Numbered from the stretch's first letter, positions 46,924 through 59,815 are shown. The stretch: DNA of 64,000 nucleotides from Eukaryota sp. TZLM1-RC (GCA_040285825.1 JAUPSS010000004.1:3452550-3516549); one strand, 5' to 3'. Numbers and translations are program-made. The notes: generated by a model from the letters alone, not told the origin.

Positions 46924-47137
46924 ATGGAACAATCTCAGCGTATGGTGTATCTAAAAATTGATCATAGAATCTCATCAACAAGAACAAACACAGCAACCAG
47001 GCGGAAAAGAACAGCAATATAAGCATCGTCAACATCCAGAGGGGGTAGCACAGGACAAAATGCACCGTATTCAGCCTGGTCAAGAAGAGCCAAGCGAACA
47101 GCAGTCACAACAGCAGCAACAGGGAAGTAGAATGTGA
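46924..47137 (+). CDS. Gln-rich micro-protein Q2 (paralog of Q1), 61 aa; exons 46924-46939 and 46968-47137
   Basis: 28-nt intron GTATGG...TTGATCATAG (46940-46967) at the same position and phase as in Q1; product MEQSQQSHQQEQ...QQQQQGSRM; AATAAA after the stop. Confidence 0.75.
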
Positions 47138-49006
47138 TGTTCTAATAAACATTATTGGTCAGTCATTCTTCGAAAAGTATAGAAACAACTAGCAATGTTA
47201 TGACCAGCGCTAGTAAAGACAGTTTTAATTTAAGGGATTGTGACTGATTGCACTTGTTAATGAGTCTGAAATCTTCAATCTTACTAATGTAAAACTAAAA
47301 GTCTTAAGTGGTTTCACTTTTTGGAAAAATTAAAATGCATGTTGTTGTTTCAGGCAGTACAAGAGCACAATTCAAACTCAGTAACAGTTGTACAACTTGT
47401 TGAGCCGAAGCAATGAGAGAATGGTGAGATGTGAATCGATTATGATGGAACAGTCTTGTAGAACCCATTCTAAAGAATATCATGACAGAAAACTAAGCAA
47501 TGGAGGTTCAAAATGGACTCCATGATCAAGCAAAGTCTTTTGTTAGCCTTTTGTTTGGAGCTTCAATACTGTATTTATATTATAGTTTCTTTAGTTTGCC
47601 GAATAATCAATATTGCGCTATTGCGCTCAATTTCCTTGTAATAATTACATACCTTACATACTTATGTCTAGTAACAACCAGCATACTCACCTCAGGTCAT
47701 CAATTTACAAGAATTTTAAGCTAAATTGCTACTTGTTCTCCCATAGGAAAAAGGTAAAATGAAAACTAATCTGAGTGGACCATTATCTTATTGAAGAGCA
47801 TAGTGGCACTCACTTTTGTGACGCATTGCAATAAATTTAGTAAACAAAAAGCAAAACTGGGATAATGAGTCTGTTTTAAAAGGAACACTTGTATTTAATT
47901 TTGCAGTTTGGTGACTTGATTCACGTCATCAAATTTGGTTTACACAATAAAGACCATTTTGTAGAAATTGATATATTATAATTGGGAAATTAATATATCA
48001 GTATTTATTGGTATAAATTGGTAAATTCAGCGAAATATTGAAATACTAGTTCAGGGTGATTTTGGAAAGTATTCACATCAACTCTTTTCCAAACGTATAA
48101 TAATTCGTGTGGAAGAAGTCTGTTAGAAAAACTCAACTTCGTAAACAGTGAGGTTACTAGGGTTCTAAAATATGTGCAAAACGTCTTTTTGTAAAAGTGG
48201 TGATACAGCAATCGCAACTCTGAAAAAAGAAGATTAAAACAAGATAAGTGACTGATCATAGAGTTTGATGACAAGACAAACTATGTATGAGGAAGTGCGT
48301 TGTTCAAAATAAGATGATGACTAAAAGACAAAAGTAAGAAATTCAGGCTATAAAAACACAACGCTTTTATGGACAATCTTGCCATAGTTTGAGGTTTCTT
48401 CAACGAAGACGTAGCCTATGAACTGCCATGATTAGTCCTAGAAGTACGTAATCCGAAAGCTACATACTTCCTCATAGTATTTAAAGCTGCCGAACACGTT
48501 CTACATTAGGGGAATCATCAGCTCTGAATTGGTTGAATATGTTGACCTGTTCGCGTTCCGATTTCGCACACTCTCTATTCTAACAACTGTTTATTCGTGT
48601 CATTATCCTGGTGTATCTGGTAGTGGTTAGAGGTGCTTTCAGCTGTCCAATTTTAGTTCATCATCAAGGATCAATGTCCCATCATAGTGAAGACTGCATT
48701 TCTTCACTTGGAAGTTTCAGTACTCTTGTTTTGGACGAAGATACTTAATCATTATGTATTTTGATTAATGACAACTTGACAGTTGCCATCTATCTGTTGT
48801 GTTTTCAGTTGAATGTTTCATGAGGAACCTGATGATGAATTTATTTTCCGTAAACCCCTCAAGGCTTGGTGAAGAACACTGGGTGTACCCCAGAGTATCT
48901 ACACATGTGTTGCTACAAAAAAATCTTTGTTTTGATTTAGTGTGTATTTACTTCCTAATCAATTGGTATAAAGCTGGCTTACAGAACACCGTTAGAACAT
49001 CTCACT

Positions 49007-49567
49007 ATGTCAACACGTTCCCATTCATCTCTATCAACTCTCAATGATGCTTCAGCATTTGTTCTGCATCACCATCGGCCATCAGAGGTGCACATCAGCT
49101 CATCGTTTGATTGTTCGCGACAACATTCTAATACTCTCACACTGGATACAATGAATGACTCTATACATCAGCAAAGTTCTGAACTCAACAGTGTTCTTTC
49201 ACAAATTCCAGACAATCATTTCTACTTCAATAGATTTCGGCAACACATCAAAGATTCACCGATTCCTTTTCACCAAAAGTTAGCAAGGATGGATGCTATG
49301 AAAGCTGTTGCTGATTTGGAGTCTTTTGATAACACGACCGAAAATTCCCTCTCAATTGAACATCAGTATTGTCTGCATCTTTTATCATTGTGATGACATT
49401 TTTTGATGCCTAACACCTCTCCTTGGGACGTTTAGTATTTTTACAACTGACTTCTCGACATTATGAGGATTATCTGTCATGGACATTCCAACACCACCTG
49501 GTCGAGGTTCAATCAATTACCACAACAAAGTCAGATGAAATGATTTTAGTAGCTTTATGCAGATTAA
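49007..49567 (+). pseudogene. Spacer gene: 128-aa ORF to 49393 with a probable stop-riddled continuation to TAA at 49567
   Basis: ATG start with TATAAA upstream; in-frame TGA/TAG codons; AATAAA just after 49567. Confidence 0.45.
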
Positions 49568-51546
49568 TTTTCAATAAAATCAAAACATGTTGAGAAATAG
49601 ATCTCAAAGATTTGGTATTTTTGTTTTGGTATAAGATCTACCCAGTTTTTGGAAGCAAATAATTGGGAATGCATTTCGGATGTTCAAGAGCTAAGAAATT
49701 TTATTTTATTTATTTATTTCATGGAGCAACAAATGTTTTATTATATTTTTTTGAAAAAATATTTTGTACATACTCTTCCTGGGGTACACCCAGTGTTCTT
49801 CACCAAGCCTTGAGGGGTTTACGGAAAATAAATTCATCATCAAGTTCCTCATGAAACATTCAACTGAAAACACAACAGATAGATGGCAACAGTCAAGTTG
49901 CCATCAATCAAAATACATAATGATTAAGTATCTTCGTCAAGAGCAAAAGTACTGAAACTTCCAAGTGAAGAAATGCAGTCTCCACTATGATGGGACATTG
50001 ATCCTTGATGATGAACTAAAATTGGACAGCTGAAAGCACCTCTAACCACTACCAGATACACCAGATGACACGAATAAACAGTTGTTAGAATAGAGAGTGT
50101 GCGAAATCGGAACGCGAACAGGTCAACATATTCAACCAATTCAGAGCTGATGATTCCCCTAATGTAGAACGTGTTCGGCAGCTTTAAATACTATGAGGAA
50201 GTATGTAGCTTTCGGATTACGTACTTCTAGGACTAATCATGGCAGTTCATAGGCTACGTCTTCGTTGAAGAAACCTCAAACTATGGCAAGATTGTCCATA
50301 AAAGCGTTGTGTTTTTATAGCCAGAATTTCTTACTTTTGTCATTTGCTCACCATCTTATTTTGAACATCATACTTCCTCATACATTGTTTGCCTTGCCAT
50401 CATACTGTATGATCAGTCACTTTTCTTGTTTTAATCTTCTTTTTTCAGAGTTACGATTGCTTCATCACCACGTTTTTACAAAAAGACGTATTACACATAT
50501 TTTGGAACCCTAGTAACCTCACTGTTCACGAAGTCGAGTTCTTCTAACAGACTTCTTCCACATGAATTATTATACGTTTGGAAAAGAGTTGATGTGAATA
50601 CTTTCCAAAATCACCCAGAACTAGTATTTCAATATTTCGCTGAATTTACCAATTTATACCATTAAATACTAGTTTATTAATTTCGTAATTATAATAAATC
50701 ATTTTCTACACAATGGTCTCTACTGTGTAAACCAAATTTGATGACGTGGACCAAGTCAAATAACTGCGACTTTAAACACAACTGTTTAAAGCAGGCTCAT
50801 CATTCCAGTTTTGCTTTTTGTTTACTAAATTTATTGCAAAGTGTTACTAAAATTATTGTTTACTATGCACTTCAATGAGTTATTGGTCCACTGAGATTAG
50901 TTTTCATTTTACCCTTTTGCTATAAGAGAACAAGTAGGAATTTAGCTCAAAATTCTTGTGAATTGATAACCTGGGGTGAGTTTGCTGGTTGTTACTAGAC
51001 ATAGGTATGTAAGGTATGTAATTTATTACAAGAAAAAGTGGATTGCTCATGACTTGAGCGCAATAGCGCAAAATTGATTATTCGGCAAACTAAAGAAACT
51101 ATAATATAAATACAGTATTGAAGCTCCAAACAAAAGGCTAACAAAAGACTTTGCTTGATCATGGAGTTTATTTTGAACCTCCATTGCTTAGTTTTCTGTC
51201 ATGATATTCTTTAGAATGGGTTCTACAAGACTGTTCCATCATAATCGATTCACATCTCACCATTCTCTCATTGCTTCGGCTCAACAAGTTGTACAACTGT
51301 TACTGAGTTTGAATTGTGCTCTTGTACTGCCTGAAACAACAACATGCATTTTAATTTTTCCAAAAAGTGAAACCACTTAAGACTTTTAGTTTTACATCAG
51401 CAAGATTGAAGATTTCAGACCCATTAACAAGTGCAATCAGTCACAATCCCTTAAATTAAAACTGTCTTTACTAGCGCTGGTCATGACATTGCTAGTTGTT
51501 TCTATACTTTTCGAAGAATGGTTGACCAATAATGTTTATTAGAACA

Positions 51547-51760
51547 TCACATTCTACTTCCCTGTTGCTGCTGTTGTGACTGCTGTTCGCTTGGCTCTTC
51601 TTGACCAGGCTGAATACGGTGCTTTTTGTCCTGTGCTACCCCCTCTGGATGTTGACGATGCTTAAATTGCTGTTCTTTTCCGCCTGGTTGCTGTGTTTGT
51701 TCTTGTTGATGAGATTCTATGATAATTTTCCAGATACACCATACGCTGAGATTGTTCCAT
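51547..51760 (-). CDS. Gln-rich micro-protein Q2, second copy; intron 51717-51744
   Basis: Mirror of 46924-47137; frame intact, two amino-acid changes. Confidence 0.7.
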
Positions 51761-52364
51761 TGAGAAAGATTGGTTTTGAACCATTTCTGTTGATGTCTTT
51801 GTGTATCTACAGTATTTGTAAATAGTTTATTCTTGGAAAATTGTTTTTTTTTTTCTTAAAAAATAAATAGTTTGGGTTACTGGTGTTTTAGACCAATAAC
51901 AACTGTAAATACTATTACCAGCACACTGGTTTTAAAATTTAGTGAAGTTGAAGCAATCAATCAAATAATAATAGTTAATTCACCAAATCATGATTGTTTT
52001 GAAATGGCGCACTAATACATTACATGCTATGGTAGTCAAACCCATTACCAACATTAACACTAAATAAATCTCAATATGAAGCCAGACTGTATAAAGAGAC
52101 TCTAATCTTTGTGGTAATCATTGTCAACCTCTTCTATGGATGAGTTGCAAAGTGGTTGATTGAACAAATGAAATTAAATTTATCTCATTAATACACTCCT
52201 GTACTTGCAATCTGTTTTGCGTGGTGTTAACGAAGAATTCTTTTGAAGAGGAGGAATGTGTAAATCATAATATGACTGCAGCAACAAATTCTAAAATAAT
52301 GATTTTAAAATTTAAAGAATGACCCTCATCATAAGCAACATTTATTCACAACAATGAAAGCAAC

Positions 52365-52600
52365 CTACTCTCTTCTACCCTGTTGTTGCTGAGGCTGTTC
52401 AGGCTGACCCTTGCGTTGTTGTTGTTGTTGACCAGGACGCATCTGTTCACCTTGTTGGGGACCTTGACCGGGCTGTTGGGGTGTTTGGCGTTGTCCCGGT
52501 TGCTCGCCCATTTGTTGGGGTTGTTTGGGCTGTTTTAGCTGTTGTTGTTCAGGCTCTGTGATTAGCATTCTGTTGCTTGCATACGTTGAGGTTGTTGCAT
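52365..52600 (-). CDS. Gln-rich micro-protein Q1, second copy, 68 aa; intron 52556-52584
   Basis: Mirror of 45974-46215; only in-frame indels. Confidence 0.8.
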
Positions 52601-52882
52601 TGGAATTGATGACCTTTCAGAGAGCACCATCAAGTTGAATGTTTACTTACAGTGTCTGTAGATGGACATTACAGTACTCTTTCCCTCATTCGTTTACACT
52701 TTGATTCACTGCTGCCAAGTAGACACTGTTGGACCGATTGTTCAGCATTAGCAAAGTGAATGACAAATCTCCATAATGTTTTGAGATTAAAGGTGTAATA
52801 AACAAATATTAAGATCTATTCTTTACCATACAAAATCAATAAAAGTTAAGAAAAAACATTATTAAATAAATTTATTACACAT

Positions 52883-53389
52883 TTAGCACAACTTATCAAA
52901 AATATTCTTATAATCAGAAAGAAAACCTTGTAAATCATTTGGAGAAACGTGCAAATTCCAATCAAGAAGTTTAATAAATTCAACTTCCATAGCATTAAGA
53001 ATTTCAAGGGAATAAAAAGAATAACCAATAATTCTCCAGCTAGGATTTTGAAAGGTAGAATCTTCGCAAAACTTGGCAGCAAGCATGAAGGCAACAAGGA
53101 AACACCGATGGGCATTAGTGGGAGAGTACCGAAGCTGAGGAAACTTTGCTTGTATCTTTGAAAGATAGTAGAGAGCAACAAAAGCACATTCCAAAGAGGC
53201 TTCTGATTTAGAAACAATTCTTCTAATCCAAACAGGAAAGCTGACGGTAGGTTCAGAGCCAAATGATGAGTCACAAGTATGGTCTTCCACATCCAAAAGT
53301 TGCTCAAGTATGGCAGAACACGTGTAAACAACAGAGGAGAGGGATTGATCGGATAGAGAAACGGGAGAGGTAGCAGTGATACCAGGCAT
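52883..53389 (-). CDS. PHO80-like cyclin, second copy
   Basis: Mirror of 45185-45691; SPTNAHR versus SSTNVYR. Confidence 0.9.
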   Translation of the reverse strand: MPGITATSPVSLSDQSLSSVVYTCSAILEQLLDVEDHTCDSSFGSEPTVSFPVWIRRIVSKSEASLECAFVALYYLSKIQAKFPQLRYSPTNAHRCFLVAFMLAAKFCEDSTFQNPSWRIIGYSFYSLEILNAMEVEFIKLLDWNLHVSPNDLQGFLSDYKNIFDKLC

Positions 53390-53664
53390 CAATGATCAGT
53401 GGAGAGAAACATCTGGCATGAAGAATCATCGCCATTAGTAGTAGAGGACAAGACAAGATTGATGACATGTTTGTCATTGACAAACATTCCTTATAGAAAA
53501 ACCGTGCCTTCAAATAATGGATGCAATCAGTGTATAATGGCTTGACCTATCTTTTGTGTTGAACTTTCTTTGTTTAAATAAGAGATGATCAAAAAACTCG
53601 ATGTAAATAGAACCTGATAACATTTTTCATAAATGCAATAATAAAAAAAGATTTTATTGAAACG

Positions 53665-53680
53665 AGTGTTGATAAACACC
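53665..53680 (-). promoter_or_regulatory. H3 3' stem-loop, second copy
   Basis: Identical to 44894-44909. Confidence 0.85.
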
Positions 53681-53695
53681 TCTAATAACCCCAAA

Positions 53696-54103
53696 CTAAA
53701 AATCAGAACGAATTCTCTTAGCCAAGGCCATATCCTTGGGCATAATGGTAACACGTTTAGCATGAATAGCACAGAGATTGGTATCTTCAAACAAACCAAC
53801 AAGGTAAGCTTCAGCAGCTTCTTGAAGTGCAGAGATACCAGATGCTTGGAATCTCAACTCACCCTTAAACTCTTGGGCAATTTCTCTAACCAAACGTTGG
53901 AAGGGTAGCTTACGGATTAACAGCTCAGTAGACTTTTGGTACTTTCTGATTTCACGGAGAGCAACGGTACCAGGACGATAACGATGGGGTTTCTTGATAC
54001 CACCAGTAGCGGGGGCAGCTTTGCGAGCAGCCTTGGTAGCCAAATGCTTTCTTGGAGTCTTGGTGGAGGTAGTCTTGCGAGAGGTTTGCTTAGTACGGGC
54101 CAT
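53696..54103 (-). CDS. H3: Histone H3, second copy
   Basis: Protein identical to 44471-44878. Confidence 0.99.
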   Translation of the reverse strand: MARTKQTSRKTTSTKTPRKHLATKAARKAAPATGGIKKPHRYRPGTVALREIRKYQKSTELLIRKLPFQRLVREIAQEFKGELRFQASGISALQEAAEAYLVGLFEDTNLCAIHAKRVTIMPKDMALAKRIRSDF

Positions 54104-54456
54104 TAGTGTAGATCAGGATTATGTCATTCTGCATTGTAATTGAGCAGAAATTCAGAGCAGGGAAAATGTCTTGCGAGAATCAATTGTCATTTGCTTTTGT
54201 TGGATGATTCGTTTTTGGTGGTTTGGTTGTGTAGACCTACGGCTTTGTTGTCACTCTTCAATAAACGTGCACTAAATTTTTTTCCTATATGGAACTATTG
54301 AAATATTCAATGTGGGTTCTGTTTAGGAACAACAAGTTTAGCAAATCCCAATTTGATTGAACAATTGTCATTTGTATTTCCCCAAAAACTGCAATCCTGA
54401 TGAAAACATCAATAAAACTTTTAAATTAAAATACACATTAAACAACAAATTTATCC

Positions 54457-54472
54457 AGTGTTGAAAAACACT
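54457..54472 (-). promoter_or_regulatory. H2B 3' stem-loop, second copy
   Basis: Identical to 44102-44117. Confidence 0.85.
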
Positions 54473-54488
54473 ATCAAAAACCACAAAT

Positions 54489-54923
54489 CTATTCACCTTC
54501 ACCAGCAGAGGTAAACTTGGTAACAGCCTTGGTACCTTCAGAAACAGCATGCTTGGAGAGTTCACCAGGTAGCAATAATCTAACAGCAGTCTGAATCTCA
54601 CGAGAAGAAAGGGTATTTCTCTTGTTAACACGAGCAAGACGGGAAGCTTCAGTGGCGATACGTTCAAAGATGTCATTGACAAAAGAGTTCATGATTCCCA
54701 TGGCCTTGGTGGAGATACCAGTATCGGGATGGACTTGGCGAAGGACACGGTAAATGTAAGTAGCCCATGTCTCCTTGCGGGCCTTCTTGCGCTTGGGGGC
54801 AGCAGCGGCAGCACCTCCTTCAGCAACAGCCTTGCTTACAGCTTTGGCAGGAGCCTTTGATGGGGCTTTGGAGGGAACTCCCTTGATGGATTTGGTAGAC
54901 TTTACAGACTTCTTTCCAGGCAT
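54489..54923 (-). CDS. H2B: Histone H2B, second copy
   Basis: One V/A difference from 43651-44085; ATG at 54923. Confidence 0.99.
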   Translation of the reverse strand: MPGKKSVKSTKSIKGVPSKAPSKAPAKAVSKAVAEGGAAAAAPKRKKARKETWATYIYRVLRQVHPDTGISTKAMGIMNSFVNDIFERIATEASRLARVNKRNTLSSREIQTAVRLLLPGELSKHAVSEGTKAVTKFTSAGEGE

Positions 54924-55080
54924 GAGATTGAGAGATTGAGAGAAATTGTGATTGGGATTCAGTTTTTGCCACAAAAACAAGTTGATTCAATGTTTTGCCA
55001 CAAACGACAATCTTGCAACAATCAAAATTGTCGTGTTGAAATAGAAATTCTATTTTCTTTTCCTCATTAATTCATCTCTC

Positions 55081-55464
55081 ATGGCTGAAGAAACTGGTGC
55101 TCGTACTCTCTCCTTCAAAGCTGGACTCCAATTCCCTGTAGGTCGTATCCGTCGTTACCTCCGTGAAGGCCGCTATGCTGAACGTATTGCAGCTGGCGCT
55201 CCCGTTTATATGGCTGCTGTACTCGAATACCTCACCGCTGAGGTCCTTGAATTGTCTGGTAACGCTGCTAGAGATAACAAGAAGACCCGTATCGTCCCCA
55301 GACACATTCTCTTGGCTATCCGCAATGATGAAGAACTCAGTAAGCTCTTGTCTCACATCATGATTCCCTCTGGTGGTGTTCTTCCTCATATTCATTCCGA
55401 TCTCCTTCCCAAGGGATCCAAGGCTCGTGTTGAAGCCGAAGAACAAGCTTCCCAGGAAATCTAG
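55081..55464 (+). CDS. H2A: Histone H2A (SQEI tail), second copy
   Basis: Protein identical to the left copy; about 10 synonymous changes. Confidence 0.98.
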   Translation: MAEETGARTLSFKAGLQFPVGRIRRYLREGRYAERIAAGAPVYMAAVLEYLTAEVLELSGNAARDNKKTRIVPRHILLAIRNDEELSKLLSHIMIPSGGVLPHIHSDLLPKGSKARVEAEEQASQEI

Positions 55465-55476
55465 GTTGTTTTGCAT

Positions 55477-55492
55477 GGTGTTTTTCAACACT
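55477..55492 (+). promoter_or_regulatory. H2A 3' stem-loop, second copy
   Basis: GGTGTT-TTTC-AACACT; AATAAA at 55501. Confidence 0.85.
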
Positions 55493-55860
55493 ATTTGGGT
55501 AATAAATGTGATTTTCTAAATAAAAAGTCCTTCTTATTTTTCTTAAAGAACCAAAAACTGCAAATACTGAATCCTAGAATCAAAGTAATTGAGCCCTAGG
55601 TGGCAGTTAATGCATGCAAAATCTGTAAATGAGGACGCTTGACATTTACCTGAAGCAAAACACCCAGAAGATGGTTAATTGACCAACACTTTATGGCTTT
55701 AACTCTTACAAGGTCTTGGCAAGTACAATTCAAGCAATTGTCTTATAAGTGATGAGAATGTTAGTCAACGATTCCAAATTAAATAATCAGTTTCAAACAA
55801 ATTATAGAAAATTATAAGCTAATTTAAAAAAACAAACAAATCAAATTTAAAATCTTTATT

Positions 55861-55876
55861 AGTGTTGAAAAACACC
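55861..55876 (-). promoter_or_regulatory. H4 3' stem-loop, second copy
   Basis: Identical to 42706-42721. Confidence 0.85.
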
Positions 55877-55890
55877 CCAAAAACAAAAAC

Positions 55891-56202
55891 CTAAACACCA
55901 AAACCATACAAAACACGTCCATGACGTTTCAAAGCATAGACAACATCCATGGCAGTGACAGTCTTCCTTCTGGCATGTTCACAATAAGTAACAGAGTCAC
56001 GGATCACGTTTTCGAGGAAAGTACGGAGAACAGTACGGGTTTCATCATAGATAAGTGCAGAGATACGCTTGACACCACCACGGCGAGCAAGACGACGAAT
56101 AGCAGGCTTGGTAATACCTTGGATGTTTTCACGAAGAACCTTTCTATGGCGCTTGGCACCACCTTTACCTAAACCTTTTCCACCTTTTCCACGGCCAGCC
56201 AT
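55891..56202 (-). CDS. H4: Histone H4, second copy
   Basis: Protein identical to 42380-42691. Confidence 0.99.
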   Translation of the reverse strand: MAGRGKGGKGLGKGGAKRHRKVLRENIQGITKPAIRRLARRGGVKRISALIYDETRTVLRTFLENVIRDSVTYCEHARRKTVTAMDVVYALKRHGRVLYGFGV

Positions 56203-57817
56203 TGAGATCGATGAAGATAAGAATACAGCATTAGAAAGGAGTTTGACAATTTGAGTTTGATTTTGCAAATTGTCCTGCCAAGATTAATTGTTGTTTGTCA
56301 ATAGTAATTCTCAATTTTTGAGTGGGGGGCATTTTTGCTTGATTGCTGGGGTTAAAATCATATCAATCAATGGTGATTGTTGGGTTTCAGGGTTTAATCA
56401 CAAATGGTTGAAGCCTGCAGTAATAGTAATGCAATAATGCCGGAATGTGCTAACGTATTTTGTGCAACTCTACTCAAAAGCCATTATTAGCCGTCATGAT
56501 GACATTATATTACGTCATTGATATAAGATGTTAGATTGGACTTTAGTTGGTAAGTCGATCAATTTCCTTCGAAATTCATAGTTTGTTCATCGTTTATTCA
56601 ATGGAACCTAGTCTAGTTCATAGTTCATCATTTTCTACATGAACAAAAACTGCTAGTCGATTTTTCTATCATTGAATAAGGACAAATCTTCACCCTGGAA
56701 AGACGATAGCGTTAACTCATGTATTTCATTGATTTCCTTACATTTTCAGTACGTGGTTAGTTATGTTTAAGTCTGGGTTCTTCAGTATTTAAGCCTATTC
56801 AGAAACACCTCTTGAATTAAGATTGACAATTTTACTCAGAAGTTTTCGGTAGACGGATTCCAGATGCTGTACTTGCTGGTTAATTGACAAATTTTGAATT
56901 AACGACTGTGTTTCAGTTGATCCTTGTAACCAATCCAATCAAAGATCTAGCAATGAACAGTTCAGCCATTTATTTAGACAGTGCTGACAATATAACGATC
57001 AAACACTATGCAATTTACTTGTCTCATTTACACTTCAATATTATTCAATACACACATTTTCCTCAACGATTTGTCTTCATTAAAGTTTTGAAATTCCTAC
57101 TTTGAATTTGTTTTCAGATATAACACAATTTGTAAAAACTCGCGCCAGCAACTTTTTTAGATGTGTTTGTGGAAAAATAGGATTCTGTGGAGTTTTTATT
57201 GTAGCTGGGCCACTTACTCTATCAAAAGTTAAACAGTTGCCATTTAAAGCAATAAATCATGATCATTTCATGCAAAACGATTCTTCTTGTGTTCAGCTGA
57301 TGAAAAGACAGCAGAATGGTTCCAAATATGAAGCATATCACGTTCATGAAACGTAACATTGTTGGTCCCCTATTTTGCACATTGAGTTTTGACTCACCCC
57401 AGGTCAAGTCAACTTACATTGATACAAAGGTGATTCGATGCTCTGAGCACTATCAACCTAGATTTTCCTTTTGAATACATTTTCAAAACTGTATGTGTTG
57501 TACTAAACGTTGTAATGGGTTCGAGTTCATCAAAGAATTGCAAACCTCACATTTGAAACAACATTTTTGTATTCGAAGCCTTAGTTTTGATTATTGCCCG
57601 ATCAACTAATGACTAACAATTTTGTCAAAATCGTGTGTTCAGAAGTTGGGGTTTTCAAATTTAACTGCAAAAGTTGGGTTCTCTTTTAGGTTCCATCTTG
57701 TTCTAAAAGAACTTCATTTATTATTGTTCAACAAAATCAACCGTTGTTAATCAACAATCAGGCCTTTCAAAAAGTTTGACAAATAATTTACGATACAATT
57801 ATCTTTAAAATTCTGTT

Positions 57818-59127
57818 AAAAACCACAATAACGATCCTTACGTTCTGATGCGCGTTCTATTAACAACTCCGTTTCTCGAAATTTGTTTTCTCCTGCTGAA
57901 ACTGGAAAAAGTCAAAAATCTACTTCTACTTTTAACTCACAAATTGACAAAATAGAAATAACTGAAAAAATGAAACCATTGCCATTAAAAGGTTCTAAAA
58001 AATGTTCGATTTGTGGTATCAGTGGTCATAATTCGAGAACATGCCCTGAAAAACAAAAAAGAGAAATTGAATTAAAATCTGCTCAACAAATTCTCGAATG
58101 TTCTGTTCCAGCTGATGCCGATGTGAAAGGTGCTGAAAATAAAGTTTCTGACGATCAACATTTGAATGCTTCTAGTGCTCACTCTTCTTCCCCTTCTGAA
58201 AACAATAATTTTTGTTGTCCATTTTGCAAAAAAAATGTTACAGATTCAAGAAATGGTCGAAAACTTCTGTTTTGTACCAATTGAAAAGCTGCTGATACTG
58301 TAAGACCCCCGATCCAGATCCCAGTAGAAATTAGCCCCGCCAGCACAATTCCCTTCTCAATGGAAATGAGAAATTTTACTTCTGAATTGAAAAATAATAA
58401 GTGGAATATTTCATCCTTCTGAAAATATTTTGCTCGAAAAAACAAAAATTGTTTTAAAAAAATTTGGAAATAGAAAAATTGTAAAATCAAAAATTTGCCG
58501 AAAATTGTGCTTACGTGGTCGTTATGGTGCCGCAAAGCAGTCCTTGTTTTCCTCTTTTTTGGCTGATGCAAACTCTGATACCCTTGAAAAACTTCAAAAG
58601 TTGCATCCTCAAGAAAATTTTAAGTGCAGCAAGCCTGATGTGTGTCCTTTTTGGATTGAAAATCCTATTACTTCAATTGAAGTTCTTAAAGCTATTCAAA
58701 AATTACCAAAGGGGAAAGCAGCAGGCCCAGCTGGAATTTCTTTTGATCTGTTAAAAATAGCGTGTTCCAGTGCTCCCGAAATTGCTGATGATCTAGCCCA
58801 TTATAGCAACCTTTACAGCATGCAAAATACAATTTGTATCCATTTGTATTTTCCCTTTTTGGTTCACTTGCACCAACTGCTTTACGTTTTTTGGAAGATT
58901 TTGAAATGATTGTAAAGAGAAGAACTGGCAGAAATTTCAACAGATTGTTTTGGCAAAATAGAATTGTGTTTTCTATTTTTAAGGGGATGTTGAAGATGGT
59001 TTCTGATGCTTTGCTTTCTCTTGGATCTCACTATGAAAGAGTTGCATCTAGTGTTTTTGTTTTGGGAGAGATGGATTTTTTTAGATGTTGATTTATAGGT
59101 TTGAATAAAATTAAAATTTTGGTCAGG
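57818..59127 (+). mobile_element. Mirror copy of the internally deleted family A element
   Basis: Same deletion junction and TSD (57805-57817, 59128-59139). Confidence 0.88.
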
Positions 59128-59815
59128 TAAAATTCTGTTGTAAACTGGATGATGCCTTCATTGAAAATACTGAAACCAAAAGAGAGACGGCGTTCATATT
59201 GATATGTTCATAAATATTAAGAAGTACATATTAATTATTGTTTTAAATATTAACCAAGCTGATCTGCGACCGGAGCTTGGTGGTTACCTTCTCTCATTTC
59301 ACATCTTTAAATTCAACATATCAACATCAGATACACACGGGATCTCCTCAAGAATTCCGAACCAGTTGTTGACGCACTGTATTGGGATAAAGAAACATGG
59401 AAAATACACAAACTGTTCTCTCAAAAATAGGAAAATGTAAAAAAATGAATTGTATAGGTGTACAAATTTGTCTCAATTTTTAACTGTATTGTCCCATCTT
59501 CAGCTTTGTCATCCCTTAATCGGTTTTATGAAAGAAACACTTCAAGTCACTTCTTATTGGCTGATTCTTGTGGAAGCTTGTTTTGAAAATATTGACTTTT
59601 TAGACTGTGGTTTGGAAAATAAATTAAAAATTATTGGCTGATTTGGGGTATGAAGAATTAGAATTTCAAAGGAATAAAACAATTTATTTTAAGTGTTTTC
59701 TACTGCAGTAAACGGTGTTATTAGTGTGAACTAATTGTGTTGCTCAACCTCAGTATTTCCTCTTTAATCCTTGTACCCTGACCTCTGTGTCTCACTCCAC
59801 CCCTCTTCAAGCAAC

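Larger units (their letters stand above)
34590..48905 (+). repeat. Left arm of giant inverted repeat (may begin further left because its partner runs off the window end)
   Basis: Reverse complement of ~49,766-64,000; paired coordinates sum to ~98,570-98,685 throughout. Confidence 0.97.

Noticed and set aside
49390-49435. Possible intron GTGATG...CCTAAC...TTAG in the spacer gene
   Set aside because: 5' site and branch spacing do not match the other introns, and splicing leads to a stop within about 10 codons.
49391-49567. Alternative genetic code (TAG=Gln or reassigned TGA)
   Set aside because: Well-defined genes end in TAG (histones, MetAP2), TAA (RPS8, PPWD1) and TGA (AEC, RCC1), and none has internal stops.
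42314-56268. ORF-track N-terminal extensions of H4, H2A and H2B, and antisense or overlapping ORFs in the histone and cyclin genes
   Set aside because: They arise from non-ATG starts or codon-bias shadows; conserved N-termini begin at the ATGs given.
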